Below are positions 1-11,050 of a stretch of 64,000 nt of DNA, piece by piece. The number at the start of each line of letters is the position of its first letter. Within the stretch, counting starts at the first letter, position 1. The stretch comes from Tubiluchus corallicola (Eukaryota > Animalia > Priapulida). The DNA lies in assembly GCA_030141605.1 (NCBI GenBank), contig JAQGDQ010000526.1, positions 19,532 to 83,531 on the forward strand, read 5' to 3'. Both the position numbers and the translations under genes were made by a program. A model generated the notes under the pieces. It searched no databases. It was not told the DNA's origin and saw nothing but the letters and a program-made list of their open reading frames with translations.

Positions 1-58
1 CAGCATCAATTTCTTTACGAAAACTACGACGACTAAATTCGTGTTTTCTTATTTGTAG

Positions 59-152
59 GAAAACCATCCTTGAAGCTGAAAATTTAGCGCTCAAAAGGAA
101 ATTATTACAAGCGGATAATCAATCAACACGAGAAAAGAGCCCCAGTCTATAA
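59..152 (+). CDS. Probable terminal coding exon of an upstream gene (coiled-coil-like C-terminus)
   Basis: Pyrimidine tract plus AG acceptor (gtgttttcttatttgtag|, ends at 58). Phase-2 reading gives KTILEAENLALKRKLLQADNQSTREKSPSL*, with TAA at 150-152 and AATAAA at 153-158. Confidence 0.5.
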
Positions 153-469
153 AATAAACACCAATCTCTGTATCTGTTGTTGACAATTTAAATTTGTTGT
201 ACTCGTATTTACAGTATTGAATATTATACCTGCCGTATCATACGGTGGAATAGATGACGTTAGACGCAATAGGTGGCGTTGCTTTATTTAAATATGAAGA
301 CAAGAAAGAAAACAATCTTAATCGATACAACCCATTCTCAGCATTACACATTGTGCAAGATATAAACGTGTTTAAAGATAGAGAAGCCGTTGAATGCTAG
401 GGCCACGGGTAACGCATATCATTTATTACTAGATACTAAGGCATTTTATAATAATTCCCACATACACAC

Positions 470-657
470 AGTTGTGTGTATATGACGTCATGTAATGGTG
501 CAGTCGGAACAGCATTGCGGGAGATTTAAAATGAAAACAAACAAAAAATCCTTTCAACGCGAGTACGATATACGCATAAAATTGCTGTAAAGTAATATAA
601 CTTTTAAGGCGATTTTCCTGAAACCACTTCAGGTACCCCTTTTTTTGTCCTTTAATG
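470..657 (+). mobile_element. Right part of the Kolobok-like TTAA MITE family A
   Basis: Near-identical to the right ends of the copies at 50255-50906, 60011-60654 and 61752-62217 (tgacgtcatgtaatgg...gagatttaaaatgaaaacaaac...caggtacccc...tgtcctttaa). Ends in CCTTTAA. Confidence 0.7.
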
Positions 658-1112
658 CTTGCATAACAATGGAAACAAGTTAAGGGTATAATGGAGAGCA
701 GTTCATATTAGCAGACAGACTGCTCAAGCGTTACTACAAAATTTAGAGGACGTTCATTTTTCATAAGCGCTGCCTACGATTTATAATATTGATGTGCAGT
801 ATGTACCCGCCAAAAAGCATTAATTACCTAGTTGCTCTTTACTCTTATTTTTGGTATGAGCACAATTATTGTTGTTAAAGTTGACGAGAATAAACTGAGT
901 ATTGAAAAAGTACCACCAGTTGTACGTTCAATAAATTTCTAATAGCTGTGTCAAGGTACACGCACGCACACAGTACTTATGTGTAATGTCTACTGTATGG
1001 TGGATGAATAAATTAAGTGTCAGGTACAACTGATACAGAACACACAATTTATCTGTACAATTTTGTAACTACAGCAGAGGGTCACTGCAGTAAATACTTT
1101 TTGTGTTATTAA

Positions 1113-1450
1113 TAATAATCACAAACATAATAACGGTAGTACAAAATTAATTATGGTTATCATTTATTATACAAATATTGTGTTGTGTAAATGAATAGTA
1201 TTTACTAGGGGTGAGCAATCTCTACCAGAAAGCGAATTCGAATCGAATTTATGACTTTCGAATTCGAGTCGAACCGTATTAGTAATAATCACAAACATAA
1301 TAACAGCAGTACAAAATTAATTATGGTTATCATTTATTATACAAATATTGTGTTGTGTAAATAAATAGTATTTACTAGGGGTGAACAATCTCTACCAGAA
1401 AGTGAATTCGAATCGAATTTGTGACTTTCGAATTCGAGTCGAACCGTATT
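1113..1450 (+). repeat. 170-bp tandem duplication that includes the left end of a hAT MITE
   Basis: The block taataatcacaaacataataac...gagtcgaaccgtatt starts at both 1113 and 1283. Confidence 0.9.
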
Positions 1451-1763
1451 TCAGTATTTCGAATCCAAATCGAATTTGAATTGAGTTTGAAAGATTTTCA
1501 AACAAATTTTCGAATCAGTAGTAAAAAGTGGTCTTAAAAAATATTACTTGATTTTGTATATGTAGTAGAACCACTATTAGTTTGCTAGAAATTTTGCACA
1601 GAAACTGCAGCTAAATTGTGCTAATTTCATGCTGCTTCAAACACTTTAATGATAAAGAACATACGTGGCTGAAGTGCTGAATTATTCGAATCTATGATTT
1701 TAGGTCCAAATCGAATTCGAACTAAAAAATTCGTGCGAATCAAAATCTCAATGCTCACTCTTA
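1376..1763. mobile_element. hAT-like MITE
   Basis: TIRs taggggtga(a/g)ca ... tgctcactctta; 8-bp TSD gtatttac/gtgtttac; internal TTCGAA-rich subterminal repeats. Confidence 0.7.
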
Positions 1764-2564
1764 GTGTTTACTATGAAGTTAGACTCAGTAATCTAATTTT
1801 TGTAGCATTACTGGTAAAATCAATAGCACTTTAGCATTTAAAAATTGCGACACTTTTGGTAGCTTAAATGAAAGTAATTTCTTTTCAAGTGAAAGCTACT
1901 TCACAAAAGGCCCATATTGTAAGTCTTTATTTTAAAGACTGTATAAACATCTTCTAAAAGTTTATTATAAAATTCTAATTTACAGACTGATATATCTACC
2001 TGAAAAAAGGCAGGTAGAGCAAATTTGAAGCAAGTAGTCAAGTACTGCATATTAAAACTAAAATTTTTGCATCTTGTAACACTTCACACCTGTCTTGCAG
2101 ATCTAGTTCAATGGCAGAAAATTTTTAACTTACTAAGTTGTAATTAAACAAAACTACAATAGTAGTGTTGTAATAAGTGATACGGTAGCATTAAATTTCA
2201 GGTGAAGTGTCTTTCTTACCAGCAAAACATTGATGTACAAATAAACCAAATGGAAACTAAATTTGATTATCGAACAAAGAAATTTCAAAGACAGTTCACA
2301 TGTAATTGTATTGTATCTAAAAAATGGCAATTGCATAGGAGGGCAATTCATATACAGGTTTAATTTAATACAGAAAAGCATCGATTAAAAATCTCTTCAA
2401 AATTTTATAAAAAAAACACTAAATTAAAAAACTACAAGATGGGATACCATTTGTTATAAAACACTGACAAGAGTAAATACCAGAACTAAAAAGGGTTTAA
2501 AACTAAAGGAGTTCTTGTACAGTATTATCAAGATATTCAAAAAAAATATTTATAAAGCTAAAAG

Positions 2565-2651
2565 ATCATTGTTAATCAAAATTAAAATCATAAATCATTG
2601 TTAATCAAAATTAAAATCATAAATCATTGTTAATCAAAATTAAAATCATAA
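2565..2651. repeat. 29-bp x3 tandem repeat overlapping the CWF19L1 stop codon
   Basis: atcattgttaatcaaaattaaaatcataa at 2565, 2594 and 2623. The third copy encodes the C-terminal YDFNFD* on the minus strand. Confidence 0.95.
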
Positions 2652-4231
2652 CTCTGGAAAGACTTTTTAAACATATCAGCAAGACGGGTCTCTTCTTCTT
2701 TAGATAATGAGCAAGATTTCCAGTCCACTCTATCTGGCATATTCAACAGCGGTGGACTTGCGAGGATTTCTCTTCCAAACTGTAATGGGAATGACTTCTG
2801 AATTCTACAAAAATATTTTTCTCCCGTGTGAAGCTCTAAGAGAAAGTATGGAGAATCAGTTGGCAGCACCTGTCTTAAATCAGTGCGAGACGGAATCTCC
2901 TTTAAGTCGATGCCCTGACTATCGGCAACATTTTGAATTGTTTCTTTTACCACTGGTTTCTTATCTATAGGATACGGCACGACTTGTATCTGCAAATGTT
3001 GAGTCTTATAGTTTCTTTCAAAAAACACGACAGCCTTATTCTGCTGAGCAAAAAAATCTACAACCACTGACTTGTATCTCTCGATCTCTGAAGCAACGTC
3101 GTCAGGCAGTCGCACTGTAGACTGGAAATGCCCTATAGATAATATGAGAATGTGATCAGGAACAAGACCTCCTTTGGCCAGAGCAAGGTAAGAAGTCATG
3201 CCCACACTGACAACCAAATGTTTCTCAACCTCTTTGCCGCCCAGACAGAACCAGCAAGGACCTGACGGCGGTTTGCGCTTATTTGTTCCGGCTCCAATCT
3301 GATCACCTGAACGCTTATGTCCTTTTTGTGTTTCCATCGAAGCTTTAGTTGCGGTGTCGTAGAAGAATTGTGTCGCTGCAGGTACATTTGTTTCCACCAG
3401 TATACTCTTGTCATAAATATATGGACACTCAGTGACATCTAGTGGCTGTTTCACTAACTCCGCTCCATCGACATGTTTCATTGGGACCATATTAAATGCA
3501 TACAAAAACTTTTTCCTTCCTAAATTACCAACTTGCGCTAGTCCAATAAAACGGGTCACATGCTGACTAGACTCAGCTAGTACTTTATGATTCCTGTAAG
3601 GTTGACGCTCATAATGAATTCCCTCCAACCCGGCAAAATGGTAACGAGGTTTCAGTGCAAGTGCTAACTGAGATATAATAGGGGAACCAAATTTTGCATC
3701 GTCTTCGAAATCACTTATAGGAGTGGCATATTTTGAAATGCTGCTAGGCCATGTTGATGTCAAAAAAATATCAACACCTTTGAATTTCAATCCCTGTGTA
3801 ATAGTGAAAACGAAATCTCTTGCATCAGACACAGTAAACTGGAAACTTGCATTGCCATTGGTTTGCTCAACACTTTTTTGTATTCCACTAAAATACGCCA
3901 ACTTACAACCAGAACTCGAGGTAAACATACCCCGTTTTCCCAAATAAACGACGTTCTTGCAAACTTCTGCTTCGGAGATACTTTCATAAAATGATGCATG
4001 ATCAGGCTGATTTGGACCAAGGATGTAAGTTGGAACAGTTACATCAATTCTCCCATGAAGCAGATCATCATATTCGTCTTTTCGTTTCAAGCAAAAAAAG
4101 TTGCCAACGCACAATAGCATTTCAAAGGGACCACTTTTCTTATTGATGGTAGCAACGCGACTAAATAGCTGTCTAAACTGGCCTTCTACATCTCCACACA
4201 CTAACACTTTAATGGATTTATCATTTGCCAT
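2630..4231 (-). CDS. CWF19L1: CWF19-like protein 1 (Drn1 homologue; metallophosphatase-like N-domain plus CwfJ C-terminal domains), single-exon CDS
   Basis: 533-aa ORF. N-terminal VLVCGDVEG..KKSGPF.MLLCVGNFF, GVDIFLTSTWP, KPRYHFAG..YERQPYRNH..HVTRFIGLA; C-terminal CWFCL..VEKHLVVSVG..YLALAKGGLVPDHILI, VFFERNYKTQHLQIQ, FPLQFGRE and DWKSC. Probable 5'UTR intron acceptor (ttttattttctag| on minus) at 4441-4440. Confidence 0.95.
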   Translation of the reverse strand: MANDKSIKVLVCGDVEGQFRQLFSRVATINKKSGPFEMLLCVGNFFCLKRKDEYDDLLHGRIDVTVPTYILGPNQPDHASFYESISEAEVCKNVVYLGKRGMFTSSSGCKLAYFSGIQKSVEQTNGNASFQFTVSDARDFVFTITQGLKFKGVDIFLTSTWPSSISKYATPISDFEDDAKFGSPIISQLALALKPRYHFAGLEGIHYERQPYRNHKVLAESSQHVTRFIGLAQVGNLGRKKFLYAFNMVPMKHVDGAELVKQPLDVTECPYIYDKSILVETNVPAATQFFYDTATKASMETQKGHKRSGDQIGAGTNKRKPPSGPCWFCLGGKEVEKHLVVSVGMTSYLALAKGGLVPDHILILSIGHFQSTVRLPDDVASEIERYKSVVVDFFAQQNKAVVFFERNYKTQHLQIQVVPYPIDKKPVVKETIQNVADSQGIDLKEIPSRTDLRQVLPTDSPYFLLELHTGEKYFCRIQKSFPLQFGREILASPPLLNMPDRVDWKSCSLSKEEETRLADMFKKSFQSYDFNFD

Positions 4232-5420
4232 ACTAGTTTCTATATTTATCAGTTATAAGTACAAGTAACAATTACTTGTAACTTTACTGTTGACAGCGAA
4301 AAAACTATTGTTTCTGGTAAAGGTGTTTGCTCAAAATTCTTCAAACTGCAAACTGTCTGTGACTTAAATATGAAAAAACTTTCATCTGAAGTTAACCACT
4401 CCACTTGAAAGTGTTGCTACGGGCACGGGACTATTTAGCCTAGAAAATAAAACATAATTTCTTTAAACATTATTGTCCATTGTCCATAAGATCAGAGAAA
4501 AAAATCCATTTTTACTTGGAAGCATTAACGTTGTAAGAAATATTTCCGTAACAGTCCAAGGTGATTAATAAAGCAACTAAAATTAGCAAATGACAACAAA
4601 ATATTGTATACAATCCATCAAATTGGGTAGGCTCTGCCATACTCCATGAGGTATTTACTATTAAATTTTATTTTATCAAATAATAATCCAAATGTGGCTG
4701 AACACCTCTGCTTGTCCAGTGTCTCAGCAGAGGGGTACTGGTTCCATCACAAGCATATACATTGAGCAAGCCCTGCTAACAGATGCTGACTATCAACCGA
4801 ACAGTTTGCAAAATGTCAGACTGTATGGAAGAAGATTTTTCATCATGCTGTCTTCCATGCTATATATAGTTTGAAAATACAAGTTTTTTGCAACTGCAGT
4901 ACTAGTTCCTAGCCAGAAAGATGAGTACAAGGTTATAAAATTATACGTTTTAGTATTTTTAAGCATTTTCTAGATAATTTGATGCTAGAATATAAAAGTC
5001 CAAAATATTTAGCATTTATTTTTTATAAAAAACAAAAAAAATGAATTTGACCAAATTTAGGTGCATTCTACTTTGAAGCATCATAATGTAGTTTTGACCA
5101 TACCCACTTATGGACGGTTTTGGTTTGCAAGCACACATATTCGTTTATGTTACCTCAATCAAACCATTTTCCAAGCTCAAACTAAACTGAAACTGAAAAC
5201 AAAATGTATTTGTGATGCTGGATCTGGCTCTGGAGTCCAAGTTACGGAGATGGTGCCAACGGATGCAAGTGGAGATCCATGCATTTAAATTCTTAAATAA
5301 AACTCAATATATTTGTACCTAAAGAAATTACTATACAAATTGTAAGTCAGCAACAAAAATGCTGCAACCAAGCTTAACAAAAGATAATAATAAGTAACTG
5401 AAACAGTAAAACTAACAGAT

Positions 5421-5884
5421 CATATGTGTGCTTGCAAACCAAAACTGTCCATAAGTCGGCAGTTAGAACTACGTTGTGATGCTTCAAAGTAGAATGCACC
5501 AAAAATGTGGTCAAATGTAAATTTTTTGTTCTTTATAAGAACAAAATTTCGTTAGAAAGATCTTACTGGATTTAAACATAGCATCAGCGTATTCCTGCAA
5601 AGTCCGTAGCAACCAAACTTTGCACAGCTGCTAAGTGTTTTGAAATTGAAGATATGCAAAAAAAAACAATGGCTAACTTTAACGGTGATTTTCTCAAGGG
5701 TATGTTTTTCAGTGCATAGCCTACACCTCAACTTTAACGTGGATTACCTCACCTTAGAAATAGCATAGAGCTATGAGCTTGGTATCAAAATGATCCTCAT
5801 GAAATAGAGATTCAGGATATGTGAAAAAAGTAGAAAAGTTTAATTGCCGACTTATGGACGATTTTGATACGCAAGCACACATAT
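5421..5884. mobile_element. MITE with ~40-bp TIRs; an inverted partial copy of its left arm lies at ~5040-5140
   Basis: Left end atatgtgtgcttgcaaaccaaaactgtccataagtcggca; right end tgccgacttatggacgattttgatacgcaagcacacatat. Confidence 0.75.
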
Positions 5885-5959
5885 TATGTGTTCATCCGTC
5901 GAAATACATAACACATACATCAAATGTTTCGCTCCTGAGCAGTCAATATTTAAAAAAAA

Positions 5960-7440
5960 ACTGTACCTTATGTTGGAGTTTAGGGCATTAGCATAAAACA
6001 TTGCGAACACTGGTGAATTTTAATCAGTGCACTAAACATAGTGCTTACTGGCGATTATAACCTGCCAGATGGTCGAACAAGTGTCACTGTCTACATGATT
6101 TAGAAGCAAAACTGAATTATAGCAAGCTTTATAGTGAACAGTGTATACGGATTAGGCCTAAGTAATACTAGTAATAGCAGCTGGGCGCTATTACACTTTC
6201 GCACCGCCTAGCTTTTTATAGGTTATTACTCGTTTTTAGGCTCGTAAGTCATCATTCTATTATTCTTACGTCATCAGTGAATGTTTCCGCTAATCTAATT
6301 GTAATTTAATCTTATTTAGGCATAATTACCAATAATTAGGCTGTATTCACAGTTCGACACAGTATCGCCATCTTGTTTTGTGTGTGTGGTCACGTGACGA
6401 ATTTCGTACTAGTTTATACATTATCAGGGCCTAGCTTAAAAGGCACGTGACACACTTTCATCTTCACCGCATTTACGAAATAAAGACAAAACCTTTACTT
6501 TTTTATAATCTAATAGTAATAATACTACAGTAATAAATAAAATTAATGATAAATAACTGTTCCGTTCCAGGCCCACCCGCGATACGATACAAACTCTCGT
6601 AGCTGCAACCCTAATAATCATAAATTATGCCAAGAAACTAAAAACACAGGTTAAGGGCCACAACGTCACTGCGCGAGAGCGATTGCGCATCAGTGATGTA
6701 AACACGGTTATTCACGTGCAGCTTTTAATGGCGGCTGTGGGTAAGTAATGCATGATTTTAATCTGGACTTATAAAGCGTACGCAGCAATAATGTTATGGG
6801 AATATGGTGTATATTACGCCTGTTGGTCTGCTTTCTGGCCTGCAGGCGTGAAAACAACCAATAGGCCAGGAAAAGCTAGGCGGTGCGAAAGTGTAATAGC
6901 GCCTAGCAGCTGTACTTTCACTCTTCTTCATTATCACCTTAATACAGAAAAGTCTAAAGCTTGACACTCTATCTACTTTTTCAGTCCTCGCGCGCAAAAG
7001 TATGTAAAAGCACCAACTAATTATTACTCTGATCTAATAATTATTATTGTTTAGTACAACGCGCTGGCAAAAAACTCTAGGAACTTTGCTTATGCGTCCG
7101 CGCGGCAATACGATCTATCTTCATTCGTTGTGTAGTCACTTGTTTCTGTGATAAACGATCGTGCTCGGCTATTTGTGCCTGGAGCTTCCTGTTGCAGCAG
7201 CATTTGCAACTGTTTAGCATTAGTGTTTCAGCGTAATTTTTTTAAACATTTTTTAAATCTAAATTTGTTTGTATATTGTATGAAATATGTCCTGTTTCTG
7301 AAAGACAAGCGAATTGATTCTAATATTAGAGAGGTTCTGATCTTGCTTGACAAACTGGTTGCAATTACTTGGTGAGGAAACTAAGGCAAGGGTAATGACT
7401 TCGTATCAGAGTGATAAATTGTGTGGAGCGCAGTAAGGTT
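5960..7440. promoter_or_regulatory. Putative bidirectional promoter and non-coding first exons of CWF19L1 (-) and TRIP4 (+)
   Basis: Locally CpG-rich region between divergent genes. Candidate minus-strand donor taag|gtacag at 5967/5966; candidate plus-strand donors near 7372 (g|gtgagg) and 7433 (ca|gtaagg). Contains an E-box GGTCACGTGAC and a YY1-like CGCCATCTT. Confidence 0.45.
6184..6903. mobile_element. PIF/Harbinger-like MITE in the CWF19L1-TRIP4 intergenic region
   Basis: TIRs ggcgctattacactttcgcaccgcctagctttt / aaaagctaggcggtgcgaaagtgtaatagcgcc; CpG-rich interior. No clean TSD, so the superfamily is inferred only from the GGC start. Confidence 0.65.
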
Positions 7441-7888
7441 GGTCCTGGTGATTTTGGTATCGGGAAAGTTTGCTACTTATGTACTACTAGGAATTTTTTA
7501 CAGAGAAAATATGGTACTGGTAAGTGGTAAGCACTGGCGAAGTTTTGTCAAGCATTTTTGGTATAAGTAAATGTAGTACAACTACAAGGTAAAATGATAC
7601 AGAACAAGTTTGGTACTAGGAAATTTTGGTATAGAGGAAGTTTATTATAAGGAAACATTGGTACTATGAAATGATCTTTTATGTAGCATACTCCAACAAG
7701 TTATAGAGGTCCATATTGATGCATTTGTTTTTGTTTAGTTTTTTGTTTGTTATTCATCATCATCTCCTAAAAAGGATTTTTTTGACGTACATGGCCCTGT
7801 TTATAGTTTGTCACTTGGATTGTCCCAAATTTTTCATTTTTAAAATTAACAGTCTCTTTTACTAATTATGTTTTTAACCAGTTACTTA

Positions 7889-8005
7889 ATACTTAGGTGG
7901 CCTATCGTAAGTCCACTTCTTAGATCTATACTTAGGTGGCCTATCGTAAGTCCACTTCTTAGATCTATACTTAGGTGGCCTATCGTAAGTCCACTTCTTA
8001 GATCT
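7889..8005. repeat. 39-bp x3 perfect tandem repeat
   Basis: atacttaggtggcctatcgtaagtccacttcttagatct at 7889, 7928 and 7967. Confidence 0.95.
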
Positions 8006-9511
8006 CCTGTGGTTTTAGTTGAGTTATACTAATGGCATAACACAGTATTTTTAAAGCAAATTATTATTACTCGTACTATGATGATTCAATGGAAATTCAA
8101 ACAGGTATGTTAAGGCTTGGGTTCGAATCCTGCTTGAGTTAGGTTCTGCGAGTGTTTTATGTTATGTGATAACACCACTATATTGCTGTGCTGTTCAGTA
8201 AATTTTTCATAACTTGTTGTTGTTGTTAGATTATACTGAATAAGTGTGATTTAAATTGTGAAAGATATATATAGTACATTAATAAATGGGGATTATCTGT
8301 GCAAGATATAAGTGAAAACAAAGTAGATAAATTAAAAAAAGTTAAAATTTCAAGGAGCTGTTGCAGTTGAAAATCAACCGTGATTAAAAAATGCAAACAG
8401 GAAATTAAACATTGACAGGTGGTAAAGGTGGAATTTATCTGTATAAAATGAATGTGTCTTTCATCTTGTAAACTGGAACTTATTGATGTCAATTTGCTCA
8501 CCAATTTGGTGAGAAGGATTGATGTTATGCATAGTTGAAATCTATGCATATAAATAAGCATTTACAGTTAAAATACCACAACTTTATTAAAACTTTTACA
8601 TTACATAGCTAAAAAATCATGTGACTGCTGCCACAATCAGTGGTGAATTTTTGCAAACATACAAGCAGTTTATATAGGTCGAGCCAGCGGTTTAGAACAT
8701 TATACACTAATTTTGTATTTAACAGAAACCAAATAGGTAATGAATAATCAGACCAGTAGAAAAGAAATGTAAATTAGAAGTGTTAATAAAGTTATGGTGT
8801 TTTAACTATCAATGTAATTAAGTGCCTGTAATAAAAAAAATTGACTGTAAGATAAAAATTGATTGACAGTGGTGTTGTTGTACTTATAAATAGTATGCTG
8901 TTCGTTAGGTCTTTTGCCCATTACATCTCATGAAAATTACGCTCATAGAAATCCTGTGTTTTTGCAAAGTATTGATAAAGTAAAGAGTTAAACTTTATTA
9001 GCTGATATGGCAGTCGCCAAGGCAGGCAGGCTATTCCGCTCATTTACTGTTGTCACAGGAGATGAATATTAAGATGAGATTGCTCTTTAGAAAGTATTAT
9101 ACAGTAAACTCTGCGTAACTCAAAATGACATAATTCAAATTTTCACTTAACCCAAAGAATTTCAGCAGAACGGATGAAATCCTTTGTTTTCCCCAAAAAA
9201 AAACATCACTTAACTCACAAATAAAAAACTTCGTACAACTCCAAAACAGTATCGTCTTCCGGAAAAATTCTGATGTTTTACAAGTCATTATAATTTGTTA
9301 TTCTTTATGTAATTGTCATCAAGTCTCGTCATTTATGTTTAGAAGGGTTGACTTTCTGCTTTCTGTTTAAGTTTGCAATCTGGTGGAGGGGTTTACAGTT
9401 TCTGTGCAGGCAAATGGTCAACATTGTTTAACTCAAAGGTTTTTTTCAGTCTAGTTTGAATTATGTCGTTGCTAATCCTATTTGTATTTCGTTGCAGTGC
9501 TGAAATAAGTC

Positions 9512-11050
9512 ATGATGAAACCTGTGCAGCACAGTTTCATCAGCTGGCTATGTGACAAGTTTTCAAATTTAGAAATTCCCATGAATGAGGATATTGCACA
9601 ATATTTGTTAAATATTGATAATGAAAGAGACTTGACGGAATATATTATTGATATTTTGGATGGAAAAGAAACTGATGAATGTTTTGTCGATGAATTAATT
9701 CGTTCTTGGAAAATCATTCGGAGCAAGGCAGTATTACCACCTTCTCATAAACAAGAAATGAAATCTACACCTAGTGATCATAAGAAAAAGACAAAGTTTG
9801 TTTCATTGTATAGCCAAGAAGCTCTAGCCAAAGATGTTGTAATTTTGGCTGGCAGGCATAAATGTGATTGTCAGGCCACAAAGCACAAACTAATTAGTAA
9901 CTGCGTTCGGTGTGGCCGAATTGTGTGTGAGCAGGAAGGTTCTGGGCCATGTTTGTTTTGTGGCTCATTAGTTTGCACTGAAGAGGAACAAGAAAAAATT
10001 AATAGTGGAACAAAAAAGGGAGAGAAACTTAGGCAGAGACTTTTGCAAGTTGGTGGAGCAGAAAAAAACTTGGAACAGAGCAATGATGGTAATGATGAGT
10101 TCCTTCAGAAGGCCATGCAACGCAAAAATAAACTTTTGGAATACGATAAAACAAGTGCACAGAGAACCAAGGTCATAGATGACCAAGCTGACTACTTTGC
10201 TACTGACAGTAATCGTTGGTTAACGAAACAGGAAAAAAAATTGCTTACGAAGAAAGCCCAGGAATTGCATGAAGAGAAATGCAAATCTCGACGTGATAGG
10301 AAGGTCACACTAGACATCGCAGGCAGGCGAGTTATAGATGAAGACGAATATTCTTTATTGGCATCCAAAAGCATGGCCGACACAATGCTGCAAAACCTTA
10401 ACTCGCATTCTCAACAGATGTCAAAGGGGCCGTATACTCCCTGTGAGCTGAATGGCGATCTAGTAAACCCTGCTTTGGAGCATCAACCAATATTCATACC
10501 AAGTGTGTCAAGAAGTTCTAATGCTAAACCTGCATCACATGAAGAATCAACTCCTGTGACGAGAAGAACACTGTACAGGATTCAAGATAAGGAATTACAA
10601 GAAATGGGTGATGAAGGCTATTGTATGAGCCTTCATCAACCATGGGCATCGTTACTGATTAAGGGCATTAAAAAGCATGAAGGACGCTCTTGGTATTCGG
10701 CACACCGTGGCCGTTTGTGGATAGCAGCAACCGCGAAAGCTGTATCACCAGAAGAAATAAAAGACACTGAGTCGTTGTATCCAGACATTCCATTGCTAAC
10801 ATTTCCAGAGCATTACCCTGTTGGTTGCCTCTTGGGTTGTGTTAATGTTGAAGACGTGTTACCACAAGAGCAATACAGAGTCCAGTTTCCACATGGTGAA
10901 TCAAATTCGCCTTACGTTTTTATCTGTGAAGCACCTCAGGAATTGTCAATTAAATTTCCAATTAAGGGACAGCATAAGATATACAAACTTGAACCACAAG
11001 TACATATTGCAGCAAAGAAGTCACTAAAGGTTGTTAGCATAAACAGCTAG
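9512..11050 (+). CDS. TRIP4: Activating signal cointegrator 1 (ASC-1 / thyroid receptor-interacting protein 4), single-exon CDS
   Basis: 512-aa ORF with a C2HC5 zinc finger (GRHKCDCQATKHKLISNCVRCGRIVCEQEGSGPCLFCG), RTKVIDDQADYF, and a C-terminal ASCH domain (CMSLHQPWASLLIKGIKKHEGRSWYSAHRGRLWIAA...YPVGCLLGCV...FPIKGQHKIYKL). 5'UTR acceptor tttcgttgcag| at 9497. Confidence 0.96.
   Translation: MMKPVQHSFISWLCDKFSNLEIPMNEDIAQYLLNIDNERDLTEYIIDILDGKETDECFVDELIRSWKIIRSKAVLPPSHKQEMKSTPSDHKKKTKFVSLYSQEALAKDVVILAGRHKCDCQATKHKLISNCVRCGRIVCEQEGSGPCLFCGSLVCTEEEQEKINSGTKKGEKLRQRLLQVGGAEKNLEQSNDGNDEFLQKAMQRKNKLLEYDKTSAQRTKVIDDQADYFATDSNRWLTKQEKKLLTKKAQELHEEKCKSRRDRKVTLDIAGRRVIDEDEYSLLASKSMADTMLQNLNSHSQQMSKGPYTPCELNGDLVNPALEHQPIFIPSVSRSSNAKPASHEESTPVTRRTLYRIQDKELQEMGDEGYCMSLHQPWASLLIKGIKKHEGRSWYSAHRGRLWIAATAKAVSPEEIKDTESLYPDIPLLTFPEHYPVGCLLGCVNVEDVLPQEQYRVQFPHGESNSPYVFICEAPQELSIKFPIKGQHKIYKLEPQVHIAAKKSLKVVSINS

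Noticed and set aside
2707-4020. Short ORFs overlapping CWF19L1 (and similarly 9478-11027 overlapping TRIP4)
   Set aside because: Antisense or alternative-frame shadows of real CDSs with no recognisable motifs.
7889-8005. CRISPR-like array of 39-bp repeats
   Set aside because: Units are contiguous with no spacers, there are no cas genes, and the context is eukaryotic.
8113-8150. tRNA-like GGTTCGAATCC (also at ~16233 and ~49850-49885)
   Set aside because: Only a B-box/T-arm is present and no cloverleaf could be built; probably decayed SINE heads.
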